NCBI GenBank assembly: GCA_030018135.1
Contig: JASEGJ010000007.1
Coordinates: 1-49,409, forward strand
DNA from: Candidatus Hodarchaeaceae archaeon
GTDB taxonomy: Archaea > Hadarchaeota > Hadarchaeia > Hadarchaeales > Hadarchaeaceae
Direction of reading: 5' to 3'
DNA: 49,409 nt
Shown here: positions 19,282 through 29,325 of the stretch, piece after piece
Layout of the letters: every line of letters starts with the position of its first letter
Position numbering within the stretch: position 1 is the stretch's first letter
Position numbers and translations under genes: made by a program
The notes under the pieces: model-generated
What the model was told of the DNA's origin: nothing
Database searches by the model: none
What the model saw: the letters and a program-made list of their open reading frames with translations, nothing else

Positions 19282-20520
19282 ATGAGTGGACCATGGACTG
19301 ATAAGTACCGTCCACATGTACTCGACGACATAGTTGGACAGCCACAAGCTGTTCATGCCATTCGTGAGTGGAGCGAAGATCTAAGAAAAGGCAAGGTGAA
19401 AAAGCCCGCGCTCCTTCTTTACGGGCCAGCTGGCACCGGCAAGACCGTCGCAGCTCAAGCTCTGGCGCGGGAAATGAATTGGGACCTCGTTGAACTCAAC
19501 GCGAGCGATGAGCGAACGTTTGATGTGATAAGACGGGTGGCCGGTACCGCGGCCACTACGGGGACGCTTTTCGAAGGCACCGCGAGCAAGCGTCTGGTGG
19601 TCCTCGATGAGGCGGACAACGTTTACGGCACCGCCGATCGTGGCGGTTACCGAGCAATTGCGGAATTGCTAAAACAAGCAAAAAATCCCATCGTGCTGAT
19701 CGCGAACGATCAATATGCAATTCCGGTGGATATCAGAACCCTGTGTCTAGCGGTTAACTTCAGGCGCATCACGCAGGATTCAATCATCAAGGTGCTGGAG
19801 AGGATATGCAAAGCAGAAAAAATAGAGGCCGAGCCGCTCGCGCTTAAGGTAATCGCGGAGACCGCGCGCGGTGACCTGCGCTCGGCAATAAACGACTTAC
19901 AGGCGGTTGCGATGGGTAAGCGACGCCTTACAATTAAGGATGTCGTCATCTACAGACGCGACAGGGGGGTCAACATATTTGAGGTGCTCACTCAACTCAT
20001 GCGCGCAACCTCTTGCAAACATGCACGAGAGCTCCTTTGGACGCTTGACCGCCCCCCGGATGACGCGATCGATTGGATAAGCGAAAACGTACCCCGGATG
20101 CTCCTCAGTCCCGCGGACCTCGCGCGCGTTTATGAAGCCCTCTCCCGCGCCGATATCTTCCTCGGTCGGACGAGGCGGAGGCAGACCTATGGCATGTGGG
20201 GGTATGCGAGCGATCTGATGACTGCCGGCGTCGCGCTGTCACGCGAGGGGCAACTCAAGTATGTCCGCTTTCAAGTTCCCAGCTCCGGCTTGCTCTACGC
20301 ACGAACTAGGGGGGCGCGCGCGGTGCGCGATGGCATAGCTCGGAAAATCGCCTCGCGTTGCCACACATCGAGCGCGGTCGCAAGAAAGCACTTTTTGCCG
20401 TATATGGGCATCATATTTAAACGAGACAAAAAGTCAGCAACACGAATTGCCGCCGAGCTAGAACTTGGGGATAATGAGATCAAATTTTTAACTGAGCGGG
20501 CTTACCCCCGTCCATTATGA
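19282..20520 (+). CDS. rfcL: Replication factor C large subunit
   Basis: WTDKYRP, GPAGTGKT, ELNASDER, LDEADN, GDLRSAINDLQ, WISEN and LSRADIFLGR. Confidence 0.92.
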   Translation: MSGPWTDKYRPHVLDDIVGQPQAVHAIREWSEDLRKGKVKKPALLLYGPAGTGKTVAAQALAREMNWDLVELNASDERTFDVIRRVAGTAATTGTLFEGTASKRLVVLDEADNVYGTADRGGYRAIAELLKQAKNPIVLIANDQYAIPVDIRTLCLAVNFRRITQDSIIKVLERICKAEKIEAEPLALKVIAETARGDLRSAINDLQAVAMGKRRLTIKDVVIYRRDRGVNIFEVLTQLMRATSCKHARELLWTLDRPPDDAIDWISENVPRMLLSPADLARVYEALSRADIFLGRTRRRQTYGMWGYASDLMTAGVALSREGQLKYVRFQVPSSGLLYARTRGARAVRDGIARKIASRCHTSSAVARKHFLPYMGIIFKRDKKSATRIAAELELGDNEIKFLTERAYPRPL

Positions 20521-21631
20521 TTGTTCCGTTCGCGAACACCTGCCCTTCAGTCATGTCCTTGATCAGATCCAAGTGGCTTGAAGCCTTATTCCTGCCGTGA
20601 TATGCTCCCTGATTATTGCCTATTGCTATGTGCACGGTCCCGAAAATTTTCTCATCCACTATTATGCTCCCCCCCGTGTACTCAGCGCCAGGGTTGCACC
20701 CGATGCCAAATTCTGCGATCCTATCCTTCTCGCCGGTGTTGGCCTCGAGGAACCTCCTGAAATTTTCCCTTCCCCTCTCAGCTTTGTAGCTGGTGACCTT
20801 TCCCTTTTTAAACTTCAACCAAAGGTGCTCCAGCTCCCCGAAGCCCGGGATCGCCGCCCTCTCGAAGGATATTTCGCCCTTGGCGGTTGTCTCCAGCGGC
20901 GCCATGAATACCTCCCCGGCGGGGATGTTCACCCCGACATCACCCCTCTCGATATCTTCCTTCGAGATCATGCCATCGTCGACGAGGATTGGCCTGCCTT
21001 CGATGCTGAGGATTAAATCCGTCCCATCGTCAGCTGTTATCCGAATTTCATCCTTGCCAGCAAGTGCGGCTCGATAATACCTACAAATCTTGAGAAACTT
21101 TCCTGTGAAAGTGCTTTCGATGCTTTTGAAAAATATCCCCCTGAACTTCTCGACGGGGCATCCGTAGGCCTCAGCCGTGGCGGGAAGGGGCCAACCGAAA
21201 TATGCCCACCTGACCTTCCTTCGGTCCGTTATCTCCCGCAATCTTTGCCTGATCGAAGCCGTGAGCTTGACCCTATCGGGTATTCCCATAGCCCAGTTTG
21301 GCTCATCCTCCTCGCCGATGAATACCAGGGCATCCGCCTTCTTGGCTATCGCCTCGGCAAATGGGCTCATCTCACGAAGCGAGTCCCTCGGGGCTAGTTC
21401 GTATCTGACCCTCTCCCTCCCTGAGCGATGCGTCAGCAATAGCGCGTGAGCCCCTTGGCGCCAGCACTCCTCCTCGACAGCGAGGGCGAACTCCTCGCAG
21501 GTCGGGTCGGTTGGATTGTAGGTAATCCTCACAGAATCGTACTTACCATCGGGCATCCTCCCTATCCTCATCGAACGCGTAACGAAGGCCTTGGCTATTT
21601 TTCTCATCTTCTTCTCCGACCACTCCCGCAT
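20480..21631 (-). CDS. Thermophilic metalloaminopeptidase (M29)
   Basis: NIPAGEVF, AEFGIGCN, DEKIFGTVHIAIG and HLDL motifs. Start placed at ATG 21631 after AGGAG; the ORF is open to 21694. Confidence 0.85.
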   Translation of the reverse strand: MREWSEKKMRKIAKAFVTRSMRIGRMPDGKYDSVRITYNPTDPTCEEFALAVEEECWRQGAHALLLTHRSGRERVRYELAPRDSLREMSPFAEAIAKKADALVFIGEEDEPNWAMGIPDRVKLTASIRQRLREITDRRKVRWAYFGWPLPATAEAYGCPVEKFRGIFFKSIESTFTGKFLKICRYYRAALAGKDEIRITADDGTDLILSIEGRPILVDDGMISKEDIERGDVGVNIPAGEVFMAPLETTAKGEISFERAAIPGFGELEHLWLKFKKGKVTSYKAERGRENFRRFLEANTGEKDRIAEFGIGCNPGAEYTGGSIIVDEKIFGTVHIAIGNNQGAYHGRNKASSHLDLIKDMTEGQVFANGTIIMDGGKPAQLKI

Positions 21632-21663
21632 AGGTCTCCTATCAAATGTATGTCGAATTGCCT

Positions 21664-22479
21664 TTAGGTTTTTACGATCGCCCGCAAAAGGCATTCGTAA
21701 ATTACAGCACGCCGCATGTGATGGGCGCGCTCACGTTTTAGAAGGTTGAGGAATTTTGGGGCTAAAGGCGGGTTTGGCTCGAGCTTCAGGCCGGGGTACT
21801 CAATTTTCATTAAAATCAAGCCCTCCGGGGGCGCTGGTGCTATGGGTGCGTCCATGCGTCCATCGAGCATCTCTCGCAACCTTGCGATTGTCATCCTGCC
21901 GGTGCCGACGGCTAGAAGGGCGTTGACGAGGCGACGCACCTGCTGCCACAAAAAAGCCTTGGCGGCAAAGTCGAATGTGAGAATTTTCCCGCCGCGAACG
22001 CTTGCCCGCTCAAGTTTCGCCTCGGTCGATCTGCCCTTCTCCCGCTTACAGAAGTTTCTGAAGTCATGCGTGCCCACCAACAGCGCCGCCGCCGCTCGCG
22101 CCTTGTTTGGGTTGAAACCCTTTGGGGCCTCGCAGATGTAGCGGTAGTGCTTGCGCATCGCTTGCCCGCGCGGGTCGAAGGAGGGCTCGACCTTGGTCGC
22201 TCCCAAGATAGCAATGTCCGGCGGCAAGGAGGCGTTTAATGCGCGCAGGTTAGGCCGCTTGAGCGCATCGAGCGCTATCACTTGCCCGAGCGCACTCACG
22301 CCTCGATCCGTGCGTGCGGCCACGCGGTACCTAGCGTGGGAAAGTTCGCGATAGAACTCAAACCTTTCGAAGGCCCTCAGCAACTCCGCCTCGACTGTGG
22401 ACAACCCGGGCTGCCTCGCGAACCCGAAATACCTCGTCCCATCGTAGGCGACTAAAAACGCGTACCTCATGCACCTCAC
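21664..22479 (-). CDS. truA: tRNA pseudouridine(38-40) synthase
   Basis: AYDGT, ARTDRGVSALGQ (catalytic Asp), GTHDFRNF, FLWQQVR and APPEGL. Confidence 0.92.
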   Translation of the reverse strand: MRCMRYAFLVAYDGTRYFGFARQPGLSTVEAELLRAFERFEFYRELSHARYRVAARTDRGVSALGQVIALDALKRPNLRALNASLPPDIAILGATKVEPSFDPRGQAMRKHYRYICEAPKGFNPNKARAAAALLVGTHDFRNFCKREKGRSTEAKLERASVRGGKILTFDFAAKAFLWQQVRRLVNALLAVGTGRMTIARLREMLDGRMDAPIAPAPPEGLILMKIEYPGLKLEPNPPLAPKFLNLLKRERAHHMRRAVIYECLLRAIVKT

Positions 22480-23201
22480 GTGTCGCTTCTGGCTCGGCGG
22501 GACTCGATGAGCTTAGCGATCTCGTCGACCATCCGCTTGAAAATCCTCTCGCCCTTCTCCCTTGATGCTAAGCTAGGCTTTCCGAAAACGCCGGACTCCG
22601 TCGGCCTTTCCTCGGCAGCGACTTCGAACGTCTCGAGCCTCGGCAGCTCGTCGACGGATTTTTTCATGTCCACGAGTTCCGGCCTTAAATAAAGCATGAG
22701 TGACGTCTCGGCCTCATCCGCGTGTCCCGCAAATTGCCCCGGAGGCGCTTCGCCCGATTCCAAAAGATCCGCGATCGAGATCTCGTAGGGATCTATCAGG
22801 TAAACCCCCGCGCCCTTGGCCGTCAAAGCCCTCCCCGCTTCCCTGAGGGCCACCTTGTGGACGCTTCCCGCGTGCCCGGTGAGGAGGTAGAACGCCCTGA
22901 ATCCCTTTTCATACATGTCGCCGAGGATGTCGCGGACAAACCCCTTGAGGGAGTCGAACTCAACGCTGGTGGTGCCTGGGTAGGGGGCGGTGTGCCTACA
23001 TATCCCATAGTTGATGAGGGGCATCACCAAAATTCCAAGCCTTTTGCTGAGTTCTTTCGCCATCTCCCAAGCTATGATGGCGTCGGTCGAAAGGGGCAGG
23101 TGGTGCCCGTGCTCCTCCATTGAACCGATCGGAATGATTACATCGCTCCTACCTTTGAGGTATTCCTCAACTTGCTTCCAAGTGGCATCCCCCGCGAGCA
23201 A
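22476..23201 (-). CDS. Creatininase/creatinine amidohydrolase-family protein
   Basis: PIGSMEEHGHHLPLSTD, GHAG and GHADEAETSLM. Confidence 0.88.
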   Translation of the reverse strand: MLAGDATWKQVEEYLKGRSDVIIPIGSMEEHGHHLPLSTDAIIAWEMAKELSKRLGILVMPLINYGICRHTAPYPGTTSVEFDSLKGFVRDILGDMYEKGFRAFYLLTGHAGSVHKVALREAGRALTAKGAGVYLIDPYEISIADLLESGEAPPGQFAGHADEAETSLMLYLRPELVDMKKSVDELPRLETFEVAAEERPTESGVFGKPSLASREKGERIFKRMVDEIAKLIESRRARSDT

Positions 23202-23205
23202 GTGG

Positions 23206-24144
23206 TCACCTCCTGCGGTTCACCCGTTTTAAGGGGGCTGGCTTAAAATAGGGTTCTCGGCGTGCGATCGCCTTTTGAAAGGCGGCCCTCGCCTTGCCCA
23301 GCGCCCCAGCGCGCGAGTACGAAAGCACGTTCACGAGGTTATCGTTGCGCATGAGGCACGGCTTGAGGTAGCCATCGGAGGTTAGACGGAGGCGGGTGCA
23401 GTGCATGCAGAATTCTGAGTTGTGCATCGGCCTAACCAGTTCGACCTCGCCCCCTCGCAGGATGTACTTCTTGCGAGCATTCATGTGGCGGCGGGTTTCC
23501 ACGGCTACGGCTTGCTTTTGCAGCTCCCGCTCGATGTCGCCGAGGTCGCGATGGTAACAGGAGAGATTTTGCCCGTCCCCTGAAATTTGGAGGAGTTCGA
23601 TGAGCTGGAGGATCGCGCCGCGCTGGGAGGCGTAGGCAACCATTTGCCCGATCTCACCCTCGTTTATGCCCGCGAGTACGACCATGTTGATCTTTACGGG
23701 CATCAGACCCGCACTCACGGCTGCATCGATGCCGGCAAACGCATCATCAAGTAGATCCTTACCCGTTATCCTCTCGTAAGTTTTTGGATCCAAGGTGTCG
23801 AGGCTTATGTTCACGCGCGCAAGTCCGGCTTCGGCGAGTTCATCCGCGACGTCGGCGAGGAGCGTCCCGTTTGTGGTCATCGAGATTTCGGAGATCGGGG
23901 CCCTCGCAATGGAGCTGACGATGTCAACTATATCCCCTCGCATCAGGGGCTCGCCCCCCGTCAACTTCACCTTGCGCACGCCAAACTCGGCCGCAAGTTT
24001 AACGATTCGTCCCATGTCGTCGGCGGTCATCGCGCGCTCGCTCGTTAGACAACCCTCGCGGTGGCAGTAAAAGCAATTCAAGTTGCAGTCGTCGGTCACC
24101 GATATCCGCAGAGCTGTGAGCGACCTGCCGAACCTATCTCGCAT
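23206..24144 (-). CDS. moaA: GTP 3',8-cyclase (radical SAM)
   Basis: DRFGR..LRISVT, CNLNCFYCHREG, TGGEP and FCMHCTRLRLT..LKPCL. Confidence 0.95.
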   Translation of the reverse strand: MRDRFGRSLTALRISVTDDCNLNCFYCHREGCLTSERAMTADDMGRIVKLAAEFGVRKVKLTGGEPLMRGDIVDIVSSIARAPISEISMTTNGTLLADVADELAEAGLARVNISLDTLDPKTYERITGKDLLDDAFAGIDAAVSAGLMPVKINMVVLAGINEGEIGQMVAYASQRGAILQLIELLQISGDGQNLSCYHRDLGDIERELQKQAVAVETRRHMNARKKYILRGGEVELVRPMHNSEFCMHCTRLRLTSDGYLKPCLMRNDNLVNVLSYSRAGALGKARAAFQKAIARREPYFKPAPLKRVNRRR

Positions 24145-24868
24145 GCCTCCTCACCCTAAGCTCGATCTGCCCGCCCTTCGTCCCCTTCATGGTGGAGAGC
24201 ATGCCATCGATCACCCCGGCTATTAAAGTCTGCATGAAGGGATTGAGGTGAACCTGTTTTCCGTCGATGGTTAATGTGACGCGCTCACGCAAAGTTGGAC
24301 AACCATTCCACCGCTCCCGCCCGGAGAGCACCGCGAGCGCAAACTCCCTGCAGCTTTGATGACCACAATGTCTGCAATCCAGCTCCGGCAGCAGGGGTAG
24401 GGCCTTTTGCTCAACGAGATCGGCGAGCTTTCTCACCTCATCGTGCCGAAAGACGGGCAACCAAAGCTTCCGGTGCCCGATGCAGGCGATGGTGAACTCG
24501 TCCGCCAACTTTTTTGCCTCCGCCCCGCTACGGGCCACAGCCACCTTTGTTATACCCTTCGCCCCCCTGAAGCCTTCGACGATCACGAAATCTATCCCGC
24601 GCAGGGCGCGTATGACATCGTGGAGTTTGGCAGCGCGCCTTGTTATCGTCGCAACCTCTCGCGGCGCGATACATATCACCGGGTTCGCACCCGCCTGCGC
24701 ATGTCGCCACGTGTCCTTACCCCGCTGGTCTATGGTGAACTCGCGTTCGCGCACATGTTTAATGGTACATACTCGATAACCCCGCTTGATCAGCTCTCTA
24801 ACCAGCCCTTCTGTAACCGCTGTTTTGCCCGACTTTTTGTATCCGACTACCGCGACGATTCTAAGCAA
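24134..24868 (-). CDS. mobB: Molybdopterin-guanine dinucleotide biosynthesis protein B with FeS domain
   Basis: GYKKSGKT, IKH, GKDTWRH, VEGF and C-terminal DCRHCG..C..C. Confidence 0.88.
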   Translation of the reverse strand: MLRIVAVVGYKKSGKTAVTEGLVRELIKRGYRVCTIKHVREREFTIDQRGKDTWRHAQAGANPVICIAPREVATITRRAAKLHDVIRALRGIDFVIVEGFRGAKGITKVAVARSGAEAKKLADEFTIACIGHRKLWLPVFRHDEVRKLADLVEQKALPLLPELDCRHCGHQSCREFALAVLSGRERWNGCPTLRERVTLTIDGKQVHLNPFMQTLIAGVIDGMLSTMKGTKGGQIELRVRRHAR

Positions 24869-26106
24869 GTTCTGCGCCCCCCAAAAAGCATGACCTCGAC
24901 CATTTCCCCTTCCTCGACTATCTCCCGCTCGAGCGGCACCTCCACGTAGCCGTCTGCCATCGAAAGCGCCGTTATCGCCCCCGACCCCTCTAGGAGCGGC
25001 TCGGCTAAAAGCTCACTGCTCTTTCGCGTCAGCTTAACGGGCACAAGCTCGCGCCGCCCCCTAGCTAACAGGATCTTCATGCTCAGTCGTGCACGCACCG
25101 CCTCGCGCCTTAGGTGCGGCGCGCCGGCGAGCTGCCTGAGGTAGGGCGCCACGAGCTGGTCGAACACCATGAGCGCCGATACAGGGTAGCCAGGGAGCCC
25201 GAACACTGGCTTGCCGTTCACGACCGCCAAGAACGTGGGCTTGCCGGGCCTCATCGCAAGCCCGTGGACGAGCAAACCCGGCCTGCCTAAGCCATCGACG
25301 ACCATGGGCACGATGTCGCCCCTGCCAGCCGAGGAGCCGCCCGAGATGATGACCACATCGCAGGTGGCTAAACCCCTTTTAATCGTCACCCCGACCTTAG
25401 ATGCCTCGTCGCTCACTATACCCAAGTATCTGGGTTCGCAACCGTGCTCCCTGACGGCCTCGCATATCGCCGGCCCATTCACATCGTATATCTGCCCCGC
25501 CTTAAGCCTCGAGCCTGGTTTTGCCAGCTCGGCCCCGCTGGAGATGACCGCCACGCGTGGGGGCTTGAGAACCTTCACTCGCTTCACGCCGACGGCCGCC
25601 AAGGTGCCTATCGCGGGCGGCGTGAGCCTCTCCCCTGCGAGCATTACCTTCATGCCGCGCTTGACCTCAGACCCCTGCCGGGAGACGTTCTCACCCGGCG
25701 CTACCGCGCGGTAGATTTTAACCACGTTCCCTTGGGAGACGGCGTGCTCGACCATCAGCACGGCGTTTGCGCCCATTGGCATGGGCGCGCCGGTCGCGAT
25801 CTCGATGCACTGTCCCTCGCCCACTTTCAACCGAGGATAATCACCCGCTCTGATGCTGCCCAAGCAGGAGAGCTCTATAGGCACTTTCTCGTCAGCGCCG
25901 AAGGTGTCGGCAGCTCGAACCGCGTATCCGTCGACGGCCGAGCGATCGAATGGCGGGACATCGACCTTTGAGGTGACATCCTCTGCCAGGACCCGGCCGC
26001 CAGCTTCGTCTAGCGGCACTTCGACCGCATTCGGCCGTGAGCGCCAATATCTTTCCAGAGTGCGCCTAGCATCCTCGAGGGTTCTCACGCGGAGAAATCC
26101 CGGCAT
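24847..26106 (-). CDS. moeA: Molybdopterin molybdenumtransferase (paralogue 2)
   Basis: PPFDRSAVDGYAV, ATGAPMP, SGGSS, RPGKPT and LPGYPVSA. Confidence 0.93.
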   Translation of the reverse strand: MPGFLRVRTLEDARRTLERYWRSRPNAVEVPLDEAGGRVLAEDVTSKVDVPPFDRSAVDGYAVRAADTFGADEKVPIELSCLGSIRAGDYPRLKVGEGQCIEIATGAPMPMGANAVLMVEHAVSQGNVVKIYRAVAPGENVSRQGSEVKRGMKVMLAGERLTPPAIGTLAAVGVKRVKVLKPPRVAVISSGAELAKPGSRLKAGQIYDVNGPAICEAVREHGCEPRYLGIVSDEASKVGVTIKRGLATCDVVIISGGSSAGRGDIVPMVVDGLGRPGLLVHGLAMRPGKPTFLAVVNGKPVFGLPGYPVSALMVFDQLVAPYLRQLAGAPHLRREAVRARLSMKILLARGRRELVPVKLTRKSSELLAEPLLEGSGAITALSMADGYVEVPLEREIVEEGEMVEVMLFGGRRTCLESSR

Positions 26107-26319
26107 TAAATCGCTTACTAATTGAACGCCTAGGCTTAAAATTTTTCCGAGCGCGCCATCGGCTCCACTGCGCCATACACGACCTGCATCGAGGTGAAGA
26201 AGGAACCCTTGGCGACCGAAAAACTTATCCGAGATTATCAGGACGGAGCTAGGTTGGGCGGCAAGTGGGCCAAAAATTTATAGGGGCCTAACTCAAAAAA
26301 AAGGCAACGGGACTTTCGA

Positions 26320-26451
26320 GTGAGAAGGCTGGCCGTGCTTGCTGTTGCGGTAAGCTTGATTATTTCACTTTTAGTTGTCGCCACCTATGAACCCATAAAT
26401 CCGAGTCGACCGCGCCGTCAGCGGAATCCGCGGTGGCCTCCTCGCCCTTGA
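26320..26451 (+). CDS. Small signal-peptide-like ORF (43 aa), possibly a remnant
   Basis: GTG start giving MRRLAVLAVAVSLIISLLVVATYEPINPSRPRRQRNPRWPPRP; AAAATTTATA upstream near 26275. Below the ORF-track cutoff. Confidence 0.35.
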   Translation: MRRLAVLAVAVSLIISLLVVATYEPINPSRPRRQRNPRWPPRP

Positions 26452-26475
26452 CGTGTCACCCATGAGAGGACGGCC

Positions 26476-26952
26476 ATGAAGGGCAGATTTTTCCTGCTGG
26501 GGGCGGTCTTGGCGATCTCCCTCGCCGGCGCTTGGTATTTTACCCGCCCCACCCCGCAAGCTCCGCCTCTGGAAAACGAGCCCCTCGTCGGCACCTTCGT
26601 CTTGAGCATCGATAAGAATGTTTACATCCCGGGGGAGAACATGAGGATAACTGTCAAGAATGCGACGAACAAGGAATTGACGTTCGCCAACACGTCGTTC
26701 GCCCTGCGCCTCGAAAAATGGGACGGCTCCGCTTGGCGGCTCCATGCGATGGTGCCTGGCGAGGTGTGGACGACGGTCATCGAGCCGGGCGTGGGGTGGC
26801 ACACAGTTTTCGCCATTGAGGATGAAAAATTCGAGCTGGGAAAGTACCGAGTTGGTACCCTAGGAGGGACGTACAGGGTCGGCGGGGAGTGGTACACCAC
26901 GCCCCCAGCCTTCGCGGAGTTCGAGGTGCGAGCGCGTAGAGGTGAATTGTAG
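26476..26952 (+). CDS. Secreted/membrane-anchored Ig-like protein
   Basis: Signal anchor followed by a beta-sandwich pattern (IDKNVYIPGENMRITVKN, LEKWDGSAW, LGKYRV). Confidence 0.65.
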   Translation: MKGRFFLLGAVLAISLAGAWYFTRPTPQAPPLENEPLVGTFVLSIDKNVYIPGENMRITVKNATNKELTFANTSFALRLEKWDGSAWRLHAMVPGEVWTTVIEPGVGWHTVFAIEDEKFELGKYRVGTLGGTYRVGGEWYTTPPAFAEFEVRARRGEL

Positions 26953-27010
26953 CCTCCGAAAGACGGCATCAAAAAGAGAGGAAAGAATTCAAAAATTGAA
27001 GTGAGGTGAA

Positions 27011-27891
27011 ATGCATCTGAGCAAGCGGACCTTGGCGATAGCGCTAGCGTCGGTGATAATTTTCGGTGCGACCCTCGCGTGGTTCACAGCCGAGCCCCAA
27101 AGGCCCATAGCCATCGTCAGCGCCCTGCCGCAAGAGCTTCAGCCCATCAGGGAAGCGATGGGTTCGAGGCGGGAGTTCCGGGCGGCGAACTGGACCTTCT
27201 ACGAAGGCGAGCTTTACGGCAAGCGCGTCGTCGCGACGAGCTGCGGGAGGGGCAAGGTGAGCGCTGCCGCGGCGATGAGCCTGCTCATAGAGCTTTTTGA
27301 GCCAAAGGCTATCATCTCCATCGCGACCTCTGGCGCCCTAGGCGATAGCGGGATAGGCGATGTGGTCATCTCCCTTCGAGCCGCGCAGCACGACCACGGC
27401 GAGATCATACCCATAGGGGGCCTGCCCGGCGCGCTCTACCCAAAGAACACCGACTTCGGGAGGGCTTCGTGCCCTCGCCCGTCCAGCTCTGGGCGGAAAA
27501 TGGCAGACAGCTCCTGAGCTACTTTGAAGCGGACAGCGATCTCGTGGCGCTTGCCATGCGGGCGGGCGAGCTGGTGGAGTTGAGGCGGATCCCAGCGCTT
27601 GGCTGGACACCGACCGTAAGGGCGGGCACGGTGGTGAGCGGCGATCAGTTCGTCGCCTCCTCGCAAAAGCGGGACTGGCTGAGCAGGGCGTTCGACGCTA
27701 GCGCCGTTGATATGGAGGGCGCCGCCATAGCTCAGGTCGCTCACCTGCGCGGGGTGCCATGGGTGCTCGTGCGATGCAACTCCGATGTGGCGGATGAAAA
27801 CGCATATGCTGACATGGCTAGGTTCAGCGACTACGCCGCAGGTAACGCGGCCGCGCTCGCGCTCAAGATGGTCGAACTCTGGACGGCATAA
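27011..27891 (+). pseudogene. mtnN: MTA/SAH nucleosidase (MtnN/Pfs-like) with N-terminal signal anchor, frameshifted near 27458-27460
   Basis: The 5' frame has IAIVSALPQE, GRGKVSAA and IGDVVIS..QHD; the 3' frame has GTVVSGDQF, AVDMEGAAIAQV and RCNSDVAD. One extra G in the GGG run fuses them (TDFGEGFVPSP). Confidence 0.8.
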
Positions 27892-28088
27892 GGGCGAGAG
27901 ATTTTGATGGACACCCTTCACGCTTTTTCCAACTATTTTTGACGCATATGCGACAGATTCAGCGCTTAGGGCTCGTTTTAGAACGACATATGTGCATCGC
28001 GGACCGGATCGACCCGAGATGAGGCCCTTTGAAACCTTTGAATACGCAATGCGTTCGCGACGCAAAAAACGTCGTGGGCGGGCTAGGG

Positions 28089-29324
28089 CTAGCGATAGAG
28101 TTCGACCTCGACGATGCTGCCCCCGTTGAAGCCCTCCACATCCTCCGGCACGATGACGAACCCGTTTGCCTTGGTCATCGAACTCAATATGCCGGAGCCC
28201 GCTATCCGGATCGGATCGGCCATGAGTTCGCCCGCCTCGCGTCGAACGTGCACTCTAACGACCTCGATGCGCCCCAGCGTTGAGCTGACCTTCCGCGTCA
28301 ATCGAGCCAGAATCGATGGGTAGCCTCGATCGGCAGGCAAGCCCTGCATGCGCCGCAGCGCCGGGCGGGCAATCATATCGAAGGCGACGAGCGCGCTGAC
28401 CGGAAAGCCCGCCAACGCGAATACTGGCTTGCCCTTGACGATGCCGAAGGCCGTCGGACCTCCAGGGCGGATAGCCACGCCGTGGAGGAGCACCTCGCCC
28501 AGCTCGGCGACGGCATTCGGCACGATATCGCGCTCGCCGACCGAGCTACCGCCGGATATCAGCACCACATCATGTTTTATCGCCCTGAGCAAAGCGCGCT
28601 TCAGCAGTTCGGGCCCGTCCGGCACTATGCCTAGCCGACGTGGCAATCCCCCGCAGCTGGCTACCGCTGCCGCTAGCGAGTAGCTGTTGATGTCGGCGAT
28701 TTCCGCACGCTTGAGGCGCGTGCCCGGCTCTCGAAGCTCGCTGCCCGTCGCCAAGATCGCGACCCTCGGCCTACGGGCGACTCGCACTCGAACATTGCCC
28801 GTCGACGCGAGCATGCCTATATCCTGCGGCCTGAGCTGCCACCCGCGCTCGAGCACGACCTCGCCGGCTTTTACGTCCTCGCCCCGCGCCGACACGTTCT
28901 TGCCCGGCGTGACGGGCGCAAGCACGGCGATGCGGCTGCCCTCAACCCTGGTATGCTCGACCATGACGGCGGCATCCGCGCCCTTGGGCATCGGCGCACC
29001 CGTCATTATTTTAACAGCTTCGCCCCTCCTCACGCTCAGCTTGGTCGCGGCCCCAATGTCCGCCGATCCGACGACGTGCAATTTCGCTGGTTTCAGCTCG
29101 CTCGCGCCGAAGGTGTCGGCCGCTTGGACCGCGTATCCGTCGACAGCCGAGCGATCGAACGGCGGAACGTCGACTTTAGAAAAGATGTCCTCGGCCAACG
29201 CGCGGTTGAGGGCTCGATCGAACGGCACGACCTCCGACCCGAGTTGTTTGACGTTGGAGAGTACGACTTTCAGCGCGTCGGAAAGTCGAATGTAACTCGC
29301 GAATCCGCGCATTCTGACCGACAT
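28089..29324 (-). CDS. moeA: Molybdopterin molybdenumtransferase (paralogue 1)
   Basis: PPFDRSAVDGYAV, IMTGAPMP, SGGSSVGERD and GFPVSA; start placed just after the moaB stop. Confidence 0.93.
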   Translation of the reverse strand: MSVRMRGFASYIRLSDALKVVLSNVKQLGSEVVPFDRALNRALAEDIFSKVDVPPFDRSAVDGYAVQAADTFGASELKPAKLHVVGSADIGAATKLSVRRGEAVKIMTGAPMPKGADAAVMVEHTRVEGSRIAVLAPVTPGKNVSARGEDVKAGEVVLERGWQLRPQDIGMLASTGNVRVRVARRPRVAILATGSELREPGTRLKRAEIADINSYSLAAAVASCGGLPRRLGIVPDGPELLKRALLRAIKHDVVLISGGSSVGERDIVPNAVAELGEVLLHGVAIRPGGPTAFGIVKGKPVFALAGFPVSALVAFDMIARPALRRMQGLPADRGYPSILARLTRKVSSTLGRIEVVRVHVRREAGELMADPIRIAGSGILSSMTKANGFVIVPEDVEGFNGGSIVEVELYR

Positions 29325-29325
29325 T

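Noticed and set aside
25895-29180. Similar sequence blocks at about 25900-25970 and 29105-29175
   Set aside because: They encode the conserved PPFDRSAVDGYAV motif of the two moeA paralogues and are not att sites.
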